Made by a program: the position numbers and the translations under genes. This document shows, one piece after another, positions 1 through 13,344 of a stretch of DNA of 64,000 nt. The stretch's first letter is position 1; the number at the start of each line of letters is the position of its first letter. The notes beneath the pieces are model-generated. The model made no database searches. It was not told the DNA's origin and saw only the letters and a list, made by a program, of their open reading frames with translations. Source of the DNA: Lytechinus pictus (lineage: Eukaryota); the NCBI RefSeq assembly GCF_037042905.1, contig NC_087251.1, forward strand, positions 35,900,001 through 35,964,000, in the 5' to 3' direction.

Positions 1-175
1 CAACTTCCAAGTTGCACTGACTTTGCAGAGGATGCACCCTTGTTTATTTTGGTATTCAATATTGAATATCATTTCATTGGTCCATGCAAATTGCAACATA
101 ATGGCAAAGCTTGCTTCCAATTGCTTTTCTGTTAACTTGCAATGCAATTGCTGGGAATGCAATAGAAACATATAT

Positions 176-3100
176 GGTCATTTTCAAACGTGAGTGACAC
201 GACAATCGGAGAGGGTTAAGGGCTCATAACTTTAAACTTAAAGGTTATGAATCAATCATGACTGCTATATTATATACAATGTAGGACTGGCATGGGCCAC
301 TACCAGTTTGATTTGAATGCTACAATTTGTTTAGTAGATATGATTGAAAAATGATGCGTGAGTGACACGACAAATTTTGGACATGGGTTTCGGACCATTA
401 TCACTTATGATTGGATTCGTGCCCAAGTAGCTATCCAGGAGTACTGTGAGTACCCATACATGTACGTAAATAGTGTACCTATCTAACACATATAGTCAAA
501 ATCAATCAAACCTTCTCTATGGAAAATGGTACCATCTTATATACTGTGAGTGACACGACATCCAAAACGTGAGTGACACGACAAGTGCAAAAATACAACA
601 TTTATTTCAACAACGAAAGTATTTTTGGCATGATGTACAAGAGTGAAATCCCATCAACCAAAAAACAAGCTTAATTATATAACAACTGCCTTCTTCAAAG
701 TTGATAATGTGTCATCCTGATGATTTATTCTTGGTTTATGGTCATATTTGGCTATCAACTCATATTCCCTATACCATACCGCATTATTGTCACACTTGGG
801 CTTCTACCACTCTCCTCTTTGGAGGAGGAGGCACTTGAAGGAGGTGTTATGTGGTCTTGGCATTGACATCAACTCAAACATTCTTTTTGTGGCTGGCCTG
901 ATGTCATTCAAAACTTTACTCTTTCTCCCTATCTGTGTAGACAGTTTACGGGTTTACAATTCAGGATCCACAACTGATGGAATAATTTTTCCTTGTAAGA
1001 AAGGGGTATTCTCAATAGTCACTTGCATCATCTGGCATGGTCTGGTAGTCAATGGTGTCATGTATGACTCCTTTTTCTTGAAATATTGGATTACAATATT
1101 ATCCTCCTTTAATATTTTAGGCATTGTCCAAATAGGACTTGGCAGCTTCAATGTCTTTTTTTTACACTGTACCAAACCAGTTACTTGGCTGCACACTTCA
1201 GATGGACTATTAGCAAATCCTTGAGAAACTTTAATAGGGATCTTGTTCAACTCATCAAGCATTGGTTTTCTCCTGAACACTGCTTGTATGTGGACCCTCC
1301 TAAGGCACTGTACCACAGTTCAGAGCTATGATTTTTAGCAGGAATCTTGCAAGCTGCTTTTCATTGCTAATTATCATATTTGATAATAAAGCAAACCACA
1401 AGTAATACATGGAAAGCCATGAGGTGAAAGACGCATAGTCATAACCTGATTCTTGCAAAAAGCCACAGCACAGTCTGTTGGTATTAACTACAACTACAAG
1501 CCTTTCCTTTGCTGAGCCCTTGGATGTTACACTGAAATTCAATTCAGCATCCCCAACCATCAAATACTCCCCCTACATGTATATCTCCATAGCTTTTTCC
1601 CCACGAGGTTCAGCTCAGTTCTAACCAGGGTACCCCCAAAAAAATTGATCTAAATGAAAACACGGCAACTCACCAAAGCTGCTCAAATGCAAATTCGGTC
1701 TTGGTTGGGACTTGTTGGGACCTACATATAATAATTTACTTTATCATTTTGTTGTGTGTAATGCAAATCTGCTCTGAACCCACATCGGCCAGCTCACGGC
1801 AGTTTGATGTTCAGACCCTAGTTCATCACTAGTGGTATGAATGGTGGTCGAACAAAGAATGATTTTGAACCAGGCATGTAGCTACTTCAAGCAATATCCA
1901 AAATGCTCTTTCAAATCTCAGTACATTCTCACCTGAGACGTTCTTGCAAAAAAATTGTTTATTTCATGTCCTCGAATACAAGCTTTGTGGCAAAAATGGT
2001 TAACTTTAATTAATCAGAAGGAAAAGAGTTTTTTTCTGATTTTGAAAGAATATTTGGTGTTCACGGCGATCTCTTCATACACTTTTCTACCATTAGAATA
2101 TATTATCTATTTCTGCAAATTTCAAATAAGTTCCCTGACCTTGCTAGCTTTAAACCTTTCTTAATTAGTAAGACAAAGAAATAACATTGCTAAAAAGATA
2201 GGTGAACTTTCTGCTCATTTCCGTAAATGGAGACAGAGAATGTTCAAGTCATACCTGTATGACTTGAACCATCACCAACTCTTTATGCACTGTATGTTCA
2301 TTATGTATAGTGGTTTTTCTCTTGATATATTAATATTTTTTGTTGATTGATTATGTTGTTATATTCTTAATGTCAGTACATCATCAAAATATGAATTAGG
2401 ATATGACTGAGTCTTCACACAAATGGAAAGTTGTCAGGATTTTTGAAACTGAGGAAACCATGGAGAGGAAAGAAAATAGATGAACTCAACGTCAAATTCA
2501 ATATTTCCATTGATAGGGGTGAAGTTGGGAAAATTGAAAAAAATATTAGCCTTACATAGGCCTAAGTGATGTAAGGAACAACATTTTGACTCCATCCCTG
2601 AATTTTAACTATTAAAATGCTTTAAAAATTATTCGATGTCCTTTTTTATACACAATATGAGACCGTGAGTGACACGACATTTCGTGAGTGACACGACATT
2701 GTGAGTGACACGACACAACTTTAACAGTTAATGTTAGCTTAACCTTATCACATTTGAGCAAGGTACTTTATATACAATATGGTATGGGAAAACTGTATTT
2801 GCTCCTGTACTGGGATAAATTAATTTTCAGAATACACAGCTCTAGAAAACTTTTTGTCTTTAAAACGTGAGTGACACGACAACCAGATTTGAAAACTCTA
2901 AAGATCTACTTTTTTCAGAAAAACACTTCAGATAATATTTTTTTGTTATTTAGGAGTTAGATACAATACAGAGCTTGTATCTTGCCAACAAATATGCTTC
3001 CAATACAAATTTTATGTTGTGATAGGCAATATGTGAACTTTAATGCAAAAATCAACATTTTGTAACATTAAATTTCCCTTGCACTAAATTCGCTGTATTT

Positions 3101-3240
3101 CAAGACCCAATGAGTAATTTTATGTAACTGAAATGGAAAAACATACTTTGAGATGTCTAGTTTAAAAAACCATTGAAGCCTACTGATTTCTAGCAAGTTT
3201 TAATTTTCACCCCCATGTCCACTTTTGTTTGAAAATGACC
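176..3240. mobile_element. Non-autonomous/degenerate DNA transposon, Sola1-like
   Basis: Perfect 14-bp TIRs GGTCATTTTCAAAC (176-189) / GTTTGAAAATGACC (3227-3240) are flanked by ATAT on both sides (172-175, 3241-3244), consistent with a 4-bp AWWT TSD. Eight subterminal GTGAGTGACACGACA copies and decayed minus-strand coding remnants at ~670-1560. The superfamily call is inferred from the TSD and termini only. Confidence 0.75.
1855..2240 (+). mobile_element. Degenerate L1/Tx1-clade LINE ORF2 3' fragment nested in the DNA transposon
   Basis: Frameshifted translation SNLSTFSPETFL..LFISCPRIQALW...YIIYFCKFQ...IAKKIGELSAHFRKWR resembles the C-terminal zinc-finger (C-x2-C..ET..HLF..C..W) and terminal KW region of L1/Tx1 ORF2. 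Confidence 0.6.
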
Positions 3241-6200
3241 ATATGTGAACATTTGTGGATCCTCGGACCAGAGTGAATGGCCAGACCAGTCCTTAAGTTC
3301 CACATGATTCTATCCGCTACTTATATATTGATGAACTAGCCCAGATTATCCAGCTGCCTGGTCTCTACAACATCCAGTGCAAGGGGATAGGTAACAAAGG
3401 GCCTCTGCCAACCAAACCAACAATGTGTTCCTGCATCCATGGAAACAGTCGCTAGGGAACAGGGTGGAGGATGCTTTTGTTAGGGATGACATGTCCAAAT
3501 ATGGGGATGTGTCCCTGAAGCATGTCAACTTTGATCTGAAGGTAAGCTGAAAGGGTGCTGGATGGGGGTAGAATGGGACAGTCAGACACGCTTGTTCCTG
3601 AAAACTTCTGATACCTTGATGATGAAAATCCTGTGGTCTAGAAGCATTATCAGAATATAATGAGAAATTAATGAAGGCCATCCATTGCATGTAGATGGAT
3701 GAAAGTGAAGAAGTGAACAAGGGGCTGGTTAAGTTGTTGAAATTTAAGGTGTGATCACAAAAACGGCAGAAGTTTGTGATGGGGGAGACTACCAAAACCG
3801 TTGCTGTAAGTGCAGAGTATTTCACGCTGCACTTTGTTCACAAGTTCTTTGTGTGACCTGAGCCACGTGGTCAAATACTCTAGGTACCTTCGCTTGTCAC
3901 TGAATACCAAGACAAGCAATTAACCTCCTCCGTTATCTCCAACCCACAATTGCCGCAGACTTCAAATGTGGTATTTTGAATTTGCATTGAGAGGGTTAAA
4001 CCTAGCTGCTTTTGGCTCAAGCAGCTATTGCTTGCCACTTAGTACAGCATATTTAATTCTTTTCTTTCTTAGATCTTTCATTGAGTAATAAAATGATGAA
4101 AATTGTATCCAGTATCTACTGCGAGATTAGATTGTTAAAACTCATCAAAATTGAAGAAAATGTTTGGTTTGTTTAAGCACACTTCGAAATATACAGTCTG
4201 TATAATGTCTTGTGAAATACTGTTTTTCACATTTGCACAAAAGAAAATTGTACCTGAAATGTTATTTTTTTACATATGCTCTGTTAAGAAGGAGCTATAC
4301 CATGTTTAACATTATCAGAGCAGGCATTTGAATTCTTATTTGTTTATTTCATATTAAAATACTGTAACTGAAAAGTGGGTAGGTGACATCACCTATATAT
4401 ATATAAACTCATTTGTAGTGCACAACCTTATTCACTTCAAACTAATGCAAGCTTCAAATTACTGTAATCCATTTTCAGTGAAATGTTCAATATGTTATTT
4501 GTTTTAAAAATATTCTAATAAAAAAGCCAAAATACATCTTGATTAAGGATTAATGAAGGAACATATCTCATCATATTTCACAGAATTGGAAGGAAAATGG
4601 TCACAAGATGAATTAATTTTGTAATGAAATATATGGATACATGCTGTGATGTGCATTAACACTTCATGTTAAAATAGCATGTTTTGTGGATGTCTGAAAT
4701 AATGTTTGTGTCTATCGTAAGTGTGTGGTTGATCAATAACTGTTCCAGATTTATTTGAAGGAATTAGGACACGTAAAAGATAAAATTTTTGAAAACCTTA
4801 ATAGGAGGGAGATGATGAGAGAAATACGGTCTGAATCCACCATATGAAACTGATTGTGAAAACAGCTTGGTTTTGGCAATGTTTCCCCAACATATATCAT
4901 AGCATGTGGTACATGAATGATATGATAGCGTTAACTTCATGTGGCGTCGGAAGAAAACAGTTTCAATTTCTCTGACCTGCCAATTCCGCTCCCGAAACTG
5001 CTCCCTCGCAGATGAGACGGAAAATTAAATCAGTTTTTCCACCACCAGCTTCACCCCTAGGGACAAAGCGAAGGGGATTTTAAACCAAAGTCTTTGAATT
5101 TTGGCATTGAATTGAAAACATTCCCCAATTGGAAAGGGCAACACCCCTGTCGATGTTGTTAACCTAAAGATGGAGGCCCGCGCCCCGCAATTTGTCATCC
5201 AGGCAAGGGGTCTCATGTTAAGGAACATGAAGGTTTTTTTTCTCTCTCTTTTCTGCTCAGAATTTTGGGGAGTAGCTTGTGAACTTGTTATCCAGTATGT
5301 GTAGGGTCCACCTATTAGACTTCATATTAAAATGAGAATGATTAAAATGGATATATGCTTATGATGATGACGATGGCGATGAGGAGGAGGAAGATACAGA
5401 TTTTATGCTGCTCTCTAATTATATAGAAAAGGTATAAACTCCTAGAAAGTCCGCATTCGAAAGTTTGATAGAAAACTGAGTTATTGTAGATTGAAAAATA
5501 AAGAAAAGAGATGAGCACAGTATAGTTTGTGCATTTAAGTAGGAAACAGAGAAAATAAAATATTGAATTCATGTTATTTGAATAGAGATATAGAGTTTAT
5601 GGGTAAAAAAAAACAACATTGTACAGGTACAATCCCATTCAAGTAGGCCTATACCTTTCATCTGTTCCTTCACTGAATTCACAATTTTGCAACACAATCT
5701 CCATATCTGTAAATTTATTTTTTAATTCAATGGAAAAGGACAAATCGTTGGATGAATTTCAAATGAGTGAATTAATGAATGACTGCACTTGCAGATAAGT
5801 ACTCTACTACTTCAGGATTGACTATATCAACAAAATCAAACAAATTCAGAATGTGAATATGGAGAGACCTGAAATATTAAGTTGCAGTAATGTCTGATAT
5901 TTGGTTGCTAGGCAATGCATCATCAGCAGATGGGAGAGTGGGGCAGGGAGAGTTTTTTCATAAATCATAAATGGGGATATATGATGCAGGAGCGTATCCT
6001 TAATTTGCTTTCATCAATAAATCAGGGGGATAATAGGGGATCCATTAGTTGATGTACCCGGCATGGTTTTTAAATGTAATAAAAGATTTCCCGGGCATAT
6101 CATATGGTTATTGTATTTATGAATGTTATGGTTAAGTAGAAGGATAGATTATAACGAGGTGATTATTCCATACCTAATGAAGGGTGCCTAGAAAGGTAAT

Positions 6201-7057
6201 TGGCTATTACCATAGTTGCCATGGTTACAAACTGGAACATTTACTGGTTGTTTTTGCAGTTGCCATACATCCATAAAAAACATTAGAGCCTTTGGTTTTG
6301 ATATCACTAGTGTATGATTTGTCTATTTATATTTGCCATGGTATACAAGAAAAACTGAGTGACTCACACTTTAATTTTTATCATAAATCACTTAAATTAT
6401 TAAATGGCTAAAAAGGCACAGAGCCAGATATGTATTATGATAAAGTTGGAAAGTTATAATGATAAGATGGGATTAGGATGATTCCTTTAAGAGAATAAAA
6501 ATAAAGAAGAATCGTATACTTATGTACCCCTATATTTGATTTGGGTTTTCTGACATCCGTTGTTTCGTTACCATGGTTACTTGTGGGGTATTATATTTTA
6601 CTTTCATTCACCACTTGTCCACTTCATTAAGTTGACCCCAATATTAAATTTCTCCATAAAACCTAAGATTTCTCTGCACAACTTCTTTTTATATCATCAA
6701 TATCGTCTTGGCCATTTACAACAATTTTCCATTTGTCAGAGTTTTATATAGACATTTCATAGAAAAACAAAATGAACTGCCCGTGTGCTAAAGATGTCTA
6801 ACAAGGGGTGTGAGGTCTGCAGAGCGCGTCTTCTACCTGGTAGTCTTTCGTAAAAGGAGGCGGCAAAGACGTCATTGCCCGAGGCAATGTATCCATGCAT
6901 GTAAGGCATATGTAGTCCTGTGTGTACATTTGGGTGTATGCATTTTAAAATGCAATTTTGCTTAAGGCTTAGCTGCTCTGGTCGTCCAGGTGACGTGCAC
7001 TTTTCGTGCGCTATGAGAGATGGGAGGATCAAATAATGAGAAGAAGAAGAGCTGAGA

Positions 7058-7160
7058 ATAGAGAGAGGGTGTGTGTGTGTGTGTGTGTGTGTATGAAAGT
7101 GAGAGAGAGAGAGAGATAGACAGAAAGAGACAGACAGAGAGAGAGAGGCAGAGAAAGAAG
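7058..7160. repeat. Compound (GT)n/(GA)n/(GACA)n microsatellite
   Basis: Directly visible dinucleotide runs. Explains the spurious HTHT/SLSL/ERER ORFs. Confidence 0.95.
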
Positions 7161-8224
7161 GGGTGGGGTGGGATGGGTGGGTGGGGGAGTTGGCAGGTAG
7201 GGTTGATGGAGATAAAGAGGGGAAAATATATACTACCAAGATCATGCATCAGTCATTTTGTCTTTTAATTCAATGTGAGTTGGGATCAGCAAATATGTTA
7301 GATTGCCTCTCAAGACTCCTGTAGATTTCTTACAATTTTCTTCATTTTGCCTTTCCTTTAATATCTAAAAAATGCTTCATATTGGTCATTATCGTGTGGT
7401 GTCACATTACTGGAAAGTGTTGATTGTTCACTGGTACACCGCCTCTGAATTGATGTAATTAAAGGGGTTAGCGTTGTATGCCTGGTGCGATTCTGTTACC
7501 GGGTAAGTGACATATTAAACAACTTGCTGAGAAGGTCATCTTCCTTTGCACCAATCCAGTATCTTGAATGAGCGATGTCCTCTGTATACAGTAACCCGAT
7601 AGGACATTGATATGACCAGTGATATGCACTTCTTCTATCATAGACAGACTGTAATAGGTTGCACGATGAAAAGTTCAGCCTCATAGCTTGATGAACAACC
7701 CACTCAATCCCAGAGACCAAGTTTAGCTTGATTGTCGCTATGGTGATGTGTATTGTTGCCATGGAGACTCCTCACAAAAGTAGAATTTTAGAATCACATC
7801 ATGGCTAGGATATCTTTTGATGGTGAATCACAAATCCAGGCCAGTGTATATTGTTTCTTAGGCTTCACTTGAGCACACCAAATTGTCCTCATAATATTAT
7901 GCGTCTTTGTGGGAGAAGGGCTCATTTTATTGTTGATTCATTAGAAAATATTATGAGACCAAAAGTAATATCAAAAAATATTTTTAAATTTTACCCCCAA
8001 CGCCCCCAAAATGTTCTCAACGATGTTTTCAGCTTTTATTTTCACTTGCTCTTATATACATTCATTCATTCATACCTATAGGTACTATGTTATTCTCAAC
8101 TCAATTTGGGACCTTTATGTATTTCATGATAGAATTATGATTTTACCCTACCAATCCATTATGAATTATGGACTGAGCCATGGGGGTAAACATTGTGCAT
8201 GATAGCCATTCTATTACACAGTAT

Positions 8225-8701
8225 AGGTGGTTTCAAACCGCCCCAATCATAAGAATCCCCGTTAGATTATGAGAACTTTTTTAGGCTAAAAAATACCCAT
8301 TAATTATTCCTGCATTCACACCGCCCCGAAACATACCCTTCGGGATAAGTTCCTGAAGTTACGAGCATGAGCAGTATGTTCTGATAAGCAGGCAAGGCGC
8401 GAGATTCAAAATCACTAGCTCAGCAGCCACCCACGGTGCCCGCGCCCAACTACACGTTGGGCTAAAAGTTCCAGTTAAATAATTTCACATTGCCAAAATA
8501 CCTGCGACCTTGGAAAAATCCCCGCGAAAGTTCTCGTAATTTTGAAAAGTACCTACTATTCAGTGGGTATTTTCTTTCGGGGAGATTACACGTAATTTGC
8601 TTTCACATTGCCAATATTACCTGGTATTTTCTGATCGGGGTAAGTTTCCCGATCAGAAAATACCTGGAACTGACGAACTTCGAGGCGGTCTGAAACCACC
8701 T
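8225..8701. mobile_element. MITE, PIF/Harbinger-like
   Basis: 18-bp TIRs AGGTGGTTTCAAACCGCC / GGCGGTCTGAAACCACCT (1 mismatch), internal repeats TTCACATTGCCAA and a 17-bp-stem hairpin. The TSD is not clean. Confidence 0.75.
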
Positions 8702-9289
8702 CATGTGTATATTGGAAATTCCATGTACATGTAGGCTATCTTTGGACTTTGAGCCAAATAATTATTCTTATCAATATCCCCATAAACCTGATCTTACATA
8801 GCTGAATTTTTAATAGGTTAGGTATCATAAATGCTCCACATATAGGCCAACATACCTTATATTCCAGTGAGAATGTGAAACAAGGTGAGACAAAAAGCCT
8901 GATATGAATTTTGGTCAGGACTGTTAAATATTTGTTGTAATAACAATTGAAAAACCGTTAAAATAAATCTTCTATCAGCCAATCAAATTGAAGGATTTCA
9001 GTAGCTTTTAACTCTTATTGCAAGTTATAGGGGGCGCAGTTCAATGGATGATTCTCAAAGTAGAAATGGGCATCTTAGCCTTGATCTGCATGCCACTGAT
9101 TCACTTAGATCTGCAAACAGATTCAATTTGTCATTAAATATCATTTATGAATTACTGTAAACACATTTATCATATAGTTTGACAATATTCATAATCGGAA
9201 ATGAAACTTTGTTTGCATTCACCATACCCCTCCTCTCGTCAAACCACAGTTTTGGCACGAGATTAAGAGTGTTCAAATACCTGTGCATG

Positions 9290-9460
9290 GGACTTGCATC
9301 CCTTGTCACGAGGACGAAGTTTACGCTTATTAAAAAGAGGGGTGATGGGACCCAACAATGGGCGGAAAGTGAAGTGCTTATCCAGAGCTAATCTATTGAC
9401 CAATCTCAAACACCAAAAGAAAAGCCCCGCCCTCTTTTAAGGTACCGCCATGTTGCAGGT
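9290..9460. promoter_or_regulatory. Promoter/enhancer-like motif cluster
   Basis: GGCGGAAA (E2F-like, 9361), CCAAT (9400), CCCCGCCC GC-box (9425) and CCGCCATGTT (YY1-like, 9445) lie within about 100 bp. Confidence 0.35.
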
Positions 9461-10039
9461 ATGCTATTGGTATTTTGGATTATCATGGAGTAGCTCATCG
9501 CATTAAGGTGTCTGTAATGAATGGGGGAAAGGGGAAAATAAGCGATTATCGCTTTGTTTCGTTGAGTATAGGCCTTTGATGGTTTAGAGAAGAAAGGCAA
9601 GTCAATGGATGATATCTTTTGCTGGTACCAGATTTGCAATCGGTTGGAATTGAAGTAATTGTTGAGCTTTTTAAGTGTGAAGAGCAGGAAATATAGTGAT
9701 TATCATCAAGTTAAATTTGAACTTGTCTCTGCAGTCTAGACCACTAAGCTTCAAAATAGCAAGCCTCTTTCAAGATAATTTAATTTAACTTTGAATTAAA
9801 TCCAACGACACAGACCCTTATAATTTTCTCATGTCCTCTATCTTGCAATTGAACAGGAAATTAAGCTTCACTTTAAAATGAACCATATCAGATTAGCATG
9901 TACTACAGGTTGATTCTTTTTGAATGAAGAATGAAAATACAGCATCCATAAAATGTAAATGGTTTTGATCTCATAATAAGCTACATTTCTAATCAGTGGC
10001 GTAATGAGAAAAAAACTATTGAGGGACTCAGACATGGTG

Positions 10040-10483
10040 CATGGCTCCACACTAACCCTTTTTCTACTGGTCCAACCTGTTCATGTCGGACCAGTAAATG
10101 CCCATATTTTCCATTTTTTACTGGTCCGAACCTTAAATTTACTGGTCCCCAAAATTAAGAAAAACTTGAAAAAAGACTGAAGTTTTTTTTGCTGTTTTTT
10201 ATAGCTTTTATTGCCCCCCCCAAAAAAAAACATGCACAAACAAACAGTACACACACAACATAATTCATGAAAGCCATTTCTCAATTTTGGAGATTCATTT
10301 TTAAGATGCCAGAGCCATTTTTATAATTTACAAAAGAGGAGAAAAAATATAATTTGTGTCAGTTTGATACATTTTTTATTGGTCATTTTGGACCAGTAAA
10401 TCTGGCTATTTCTGAAAAGTTACTGACCCGACAGCAATTTTTACTGGTCTGGGACTGCGGACCAGTGCCAGTGTCGTGCGCTG
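10040..10483. mobile_element. Non-autonomous DNA transposon with 7-bp TSD (hAT- or P-like)
   Basis: Imperfect TIRs CATGGCTCCACACT / AGTGTCGTGCGCTG, TSD CATGGTG (10033-10039, 10484-10490), repeated subterminal ACTGGTCC/GGACCAGT motifs. Confidence 0.7.
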
Positions 10484-11878
10484 CATGGTGTATCGGGGTG
10501 AAAATTTCTAGAAAACTGCGAGTGAGCAAATCGAGCAATAAAAAATCGTGGCCTTTTGAAACAAAAATCAATCTTTGTGATGGATTTAGACATAAACATT
10601 CAGAAAAGGATATATTTCATCCTTTTTCCTTCTTTTTATTCATTTTTTTTTTCTTGGTTGCAAAACTTTGGGATCCATGCCCCCAGCCCCCCTTATTCCC
10701 CCCACATCTTTATATCATTGTTTTTCATCGAACCCTCTTCCTTTCTCATATTTGTTAAAAGTTGAAAGTGGAAAGTTATTATGCAAGCATTCCACAAAGG
10801 AGGTGGTTAATATTCATCTCGACCCAAGAGAGGGGGGATAAATACAATTTCCGAGCCATGCACGCTGATGTCTCTATGGTGATCTGTGGAGTCATTTGCA
10901 ACCTCTTTTCTGCTGCGGGAGTGGCTATTTTGATTGCTAAATGGTTGTGGTTAACTCGATTTCAATTTATAGTGAATTTGTAGCAAATAACAATAAAATT
11001 TGACCAGGTTGAGACTACAGGGAGGGGTGTCTTTCTACAGCAGTTGGTATGGTGATAGTGATGCATGTACTATGAAGTAGGAAAGGGGTGTTTGTGCCTT
11101 TATTTTAACTTTGAAAGGGACTAGGTTAATCATTCCTGATTTAGAAAAAAAGGGTTGGAATAGAAGTAGGCTACCGATGAATCTCATCATTCTAAGATTA
11201 TGACGATAAATTTAACTATATTTTTTTAGAGAAAGCTGGAAATATTACTTGAAATGTCTTCAGGAAATTGATTTTTTTTTTTTGAAGCAAAGCATGTGAA
11301 AACAGGCTCTCATATTTTTTTTTACATTTAGCAATCATATGGGTACATGAGATTTAATTTTGTGTAAAGATCTTACCCGAATGATACAATGAATTTAAAA
11401 AAGGAACAGATCGACTAGAGAAATCAGGGAAACGTGGTGGGCTACAAAATCTTTGAAATAATGATACTTTTCTGAGTGTTCCAGTTTAGCAAATGGAAAA
11501 TATGGATATGGTGGGACTTTTTGGGTCAGTAAGGGGGAAATAGAATTGCATCAAAAGCTCTAAATTGGGGTCAATATTAAGCTTAAGCCGCTTTTATGAG
11601 AATAACAAAATAATGCTCATTTTCTACTTTTATGCAAATCTGAATTGGATGTTCCATTTCTTTGCCGCAATGTATTTTCATATCAGAAGTTCTTAGAAGG
11701 TAAGATACTAGCAAGGAAGAGAGATTTAAAGAAATTATGCACATGCAAACATACTTTTTAATGAAGAAGCAGAAATAAAACCTTTGCATTTTGAACCTGG
11801 TATCTAGAATCAATTACAATCGTGAAAATGGGAGGGGGGGGGGTAGGTCTTCGGGGAACTTTGATTAAAACCCTTGCA

Positions 11879-11916
11879 AAGTGATTATCCCTAGCTGAAG
11901 TGATTATCCTTAGCTG
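11879..11916. repeat. 19-bp tandem duplication
   Basis: AAGTGATTATCC(C/T)TAGCTG x2. Confidence 0.9.
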
Positions 11917-12739
11917 TGGATGATGGTGGTATAATTACAAACAACTGACAGTCTTGTCACTGATTTGGATATGAACTATACCTGGGCTGTTGAATGAGCC
12001 TCATTTACTCCGACTCTGTTTGTGCAGTATGTCAGCTGCACAAACATATAAGAGGACACATAGCTTTTTCTTAGGGTAAAGGGCATGTAGATGTGATATG
12101 GAAAGTAGGGGGGAGGGAGTGTAGTTATATATGAAATGGCAAAATGAAAATTCATCAAAAAATGTGTGAGTTGTAAAGGGTTCACAGCTTCATGTTTGAT
12201 AGTAAAGAATGAATCGTGTTTCTATGTGCTTTATTTGGAAAAAAAAATGTTTCTACAGGAAATAGGTGCAGACGAATTGTACATGAAATGCTTTAATAGC
12301 TACATGTAGATCAATTGAATGTTTTCATAGTCAGTGTTACAAGTCGTTTGCATGTGAGAGGGAAATCTGAGAAATGTCCAAGATTTCTGTAAGATTTGCT
12401 AGAGGCTATTTCAATCATGCATGGATTTACACTGACCATTCTATCTTCATAAGATGTTAAAGTATTAATACAGATGTTATCTTTATCATTCAGATATACT
12501 AATTTATTCATTTTTTTCCAATTCATCTCATTGAAATGATGATTGTTATCCTCATCACCACCATTCAAATTCAGTTTGAGCCATTGCAAAGTGACGCAAT
12601 GAATGTTCAATTTGATGGACGTGAAGCATGTTCCCGTGGGAGGTGCAAACCAAGAGAAAACCACAGGAGTTGTGACGGAGAGAACATCATCACCCCAGCC
12701 CGAAGGGCAGAAATTAACCATGACCTAAATGTAGCTGCA

Positions 12740-13344
12740 TAGCTCAAGACCCCCTCTCTTCACAAATGCCAAGACATCATCAAGCAGCGTCAGAGCGGAG
12801 CCTCCTGCTCCCATTTTCCTTTCTCTCTACTACCCCGCATCTTGGAGAGCTTTGTGCATGCTCATTTGCACCACTTTGTGCTGTGCTGCAACTCAAGAGG
12901 TGAATCACTTCTCTCTGTGTCTCTCTCTCATCTTCCTCCATCCCTGTTGGATGTGTAACCATAGCAACGTGGATTGCGTCGTCACCCAGGCAGCAGCAGC
13001 AGCATCTCCTTGCTCCATCCCTGCCTCTCCTCATTCTCTCAGCGTGCAAAGCATCTCTTATGCCGTGGAGCAAGAGACGGTGATTAGCGTTCCGAGGACG
13101 ACGTAGACTTGAGATGCGATGTGCATGGTCTAGAGTATATTGCATGGCAGAGGGCAAAGAAAGCTGTTCGCTTGATCAAACAGGGTTGCCTTGTCAGACG
13201 ACGATGGTGCTAGGCTTTTGGGAGCGTTCTGCTCATCATTTCTGCTAATTAAGGAGTTTTATGAGATCCTTGAGGACAGCTTTGAAGGTCGTTTGAAAGT
13301 GATGATCTTCTGTGGATTGATATGGAGGAACTCTTTCCAATGAG
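12740..13344 (+). promoter_or_regulatory. Candidate alternative promoter / 5'UTR exon
   Basis: GC/CpG-enriched, UTR-like segment containing the X-box GTAACCATAGCAAC (12955). Ends at GAG|GTAGAT (13345), followed by a composition shift to AT-rich. Confidence 0.35.

Noticed and set aside
190..2881. Repeated 15-mer as a CRISPR-like array
   Set aside because: Spacing is irregular, the repeat is too short, the context is eukaryotic, and the copies sit subterminally within TIRs.
3270..3970. 159-aa minus-strand ORF and nearby CxxC motifs (CGNC, CRFC)
   Set aside because: No recognisable domain and interrupted frames. Possibly an old TE relic, but not supportable without a search.
6757..7268. ORFs with HTHT/SLSL/ERER runs
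   Set aside because: Translations of a microsatellite.
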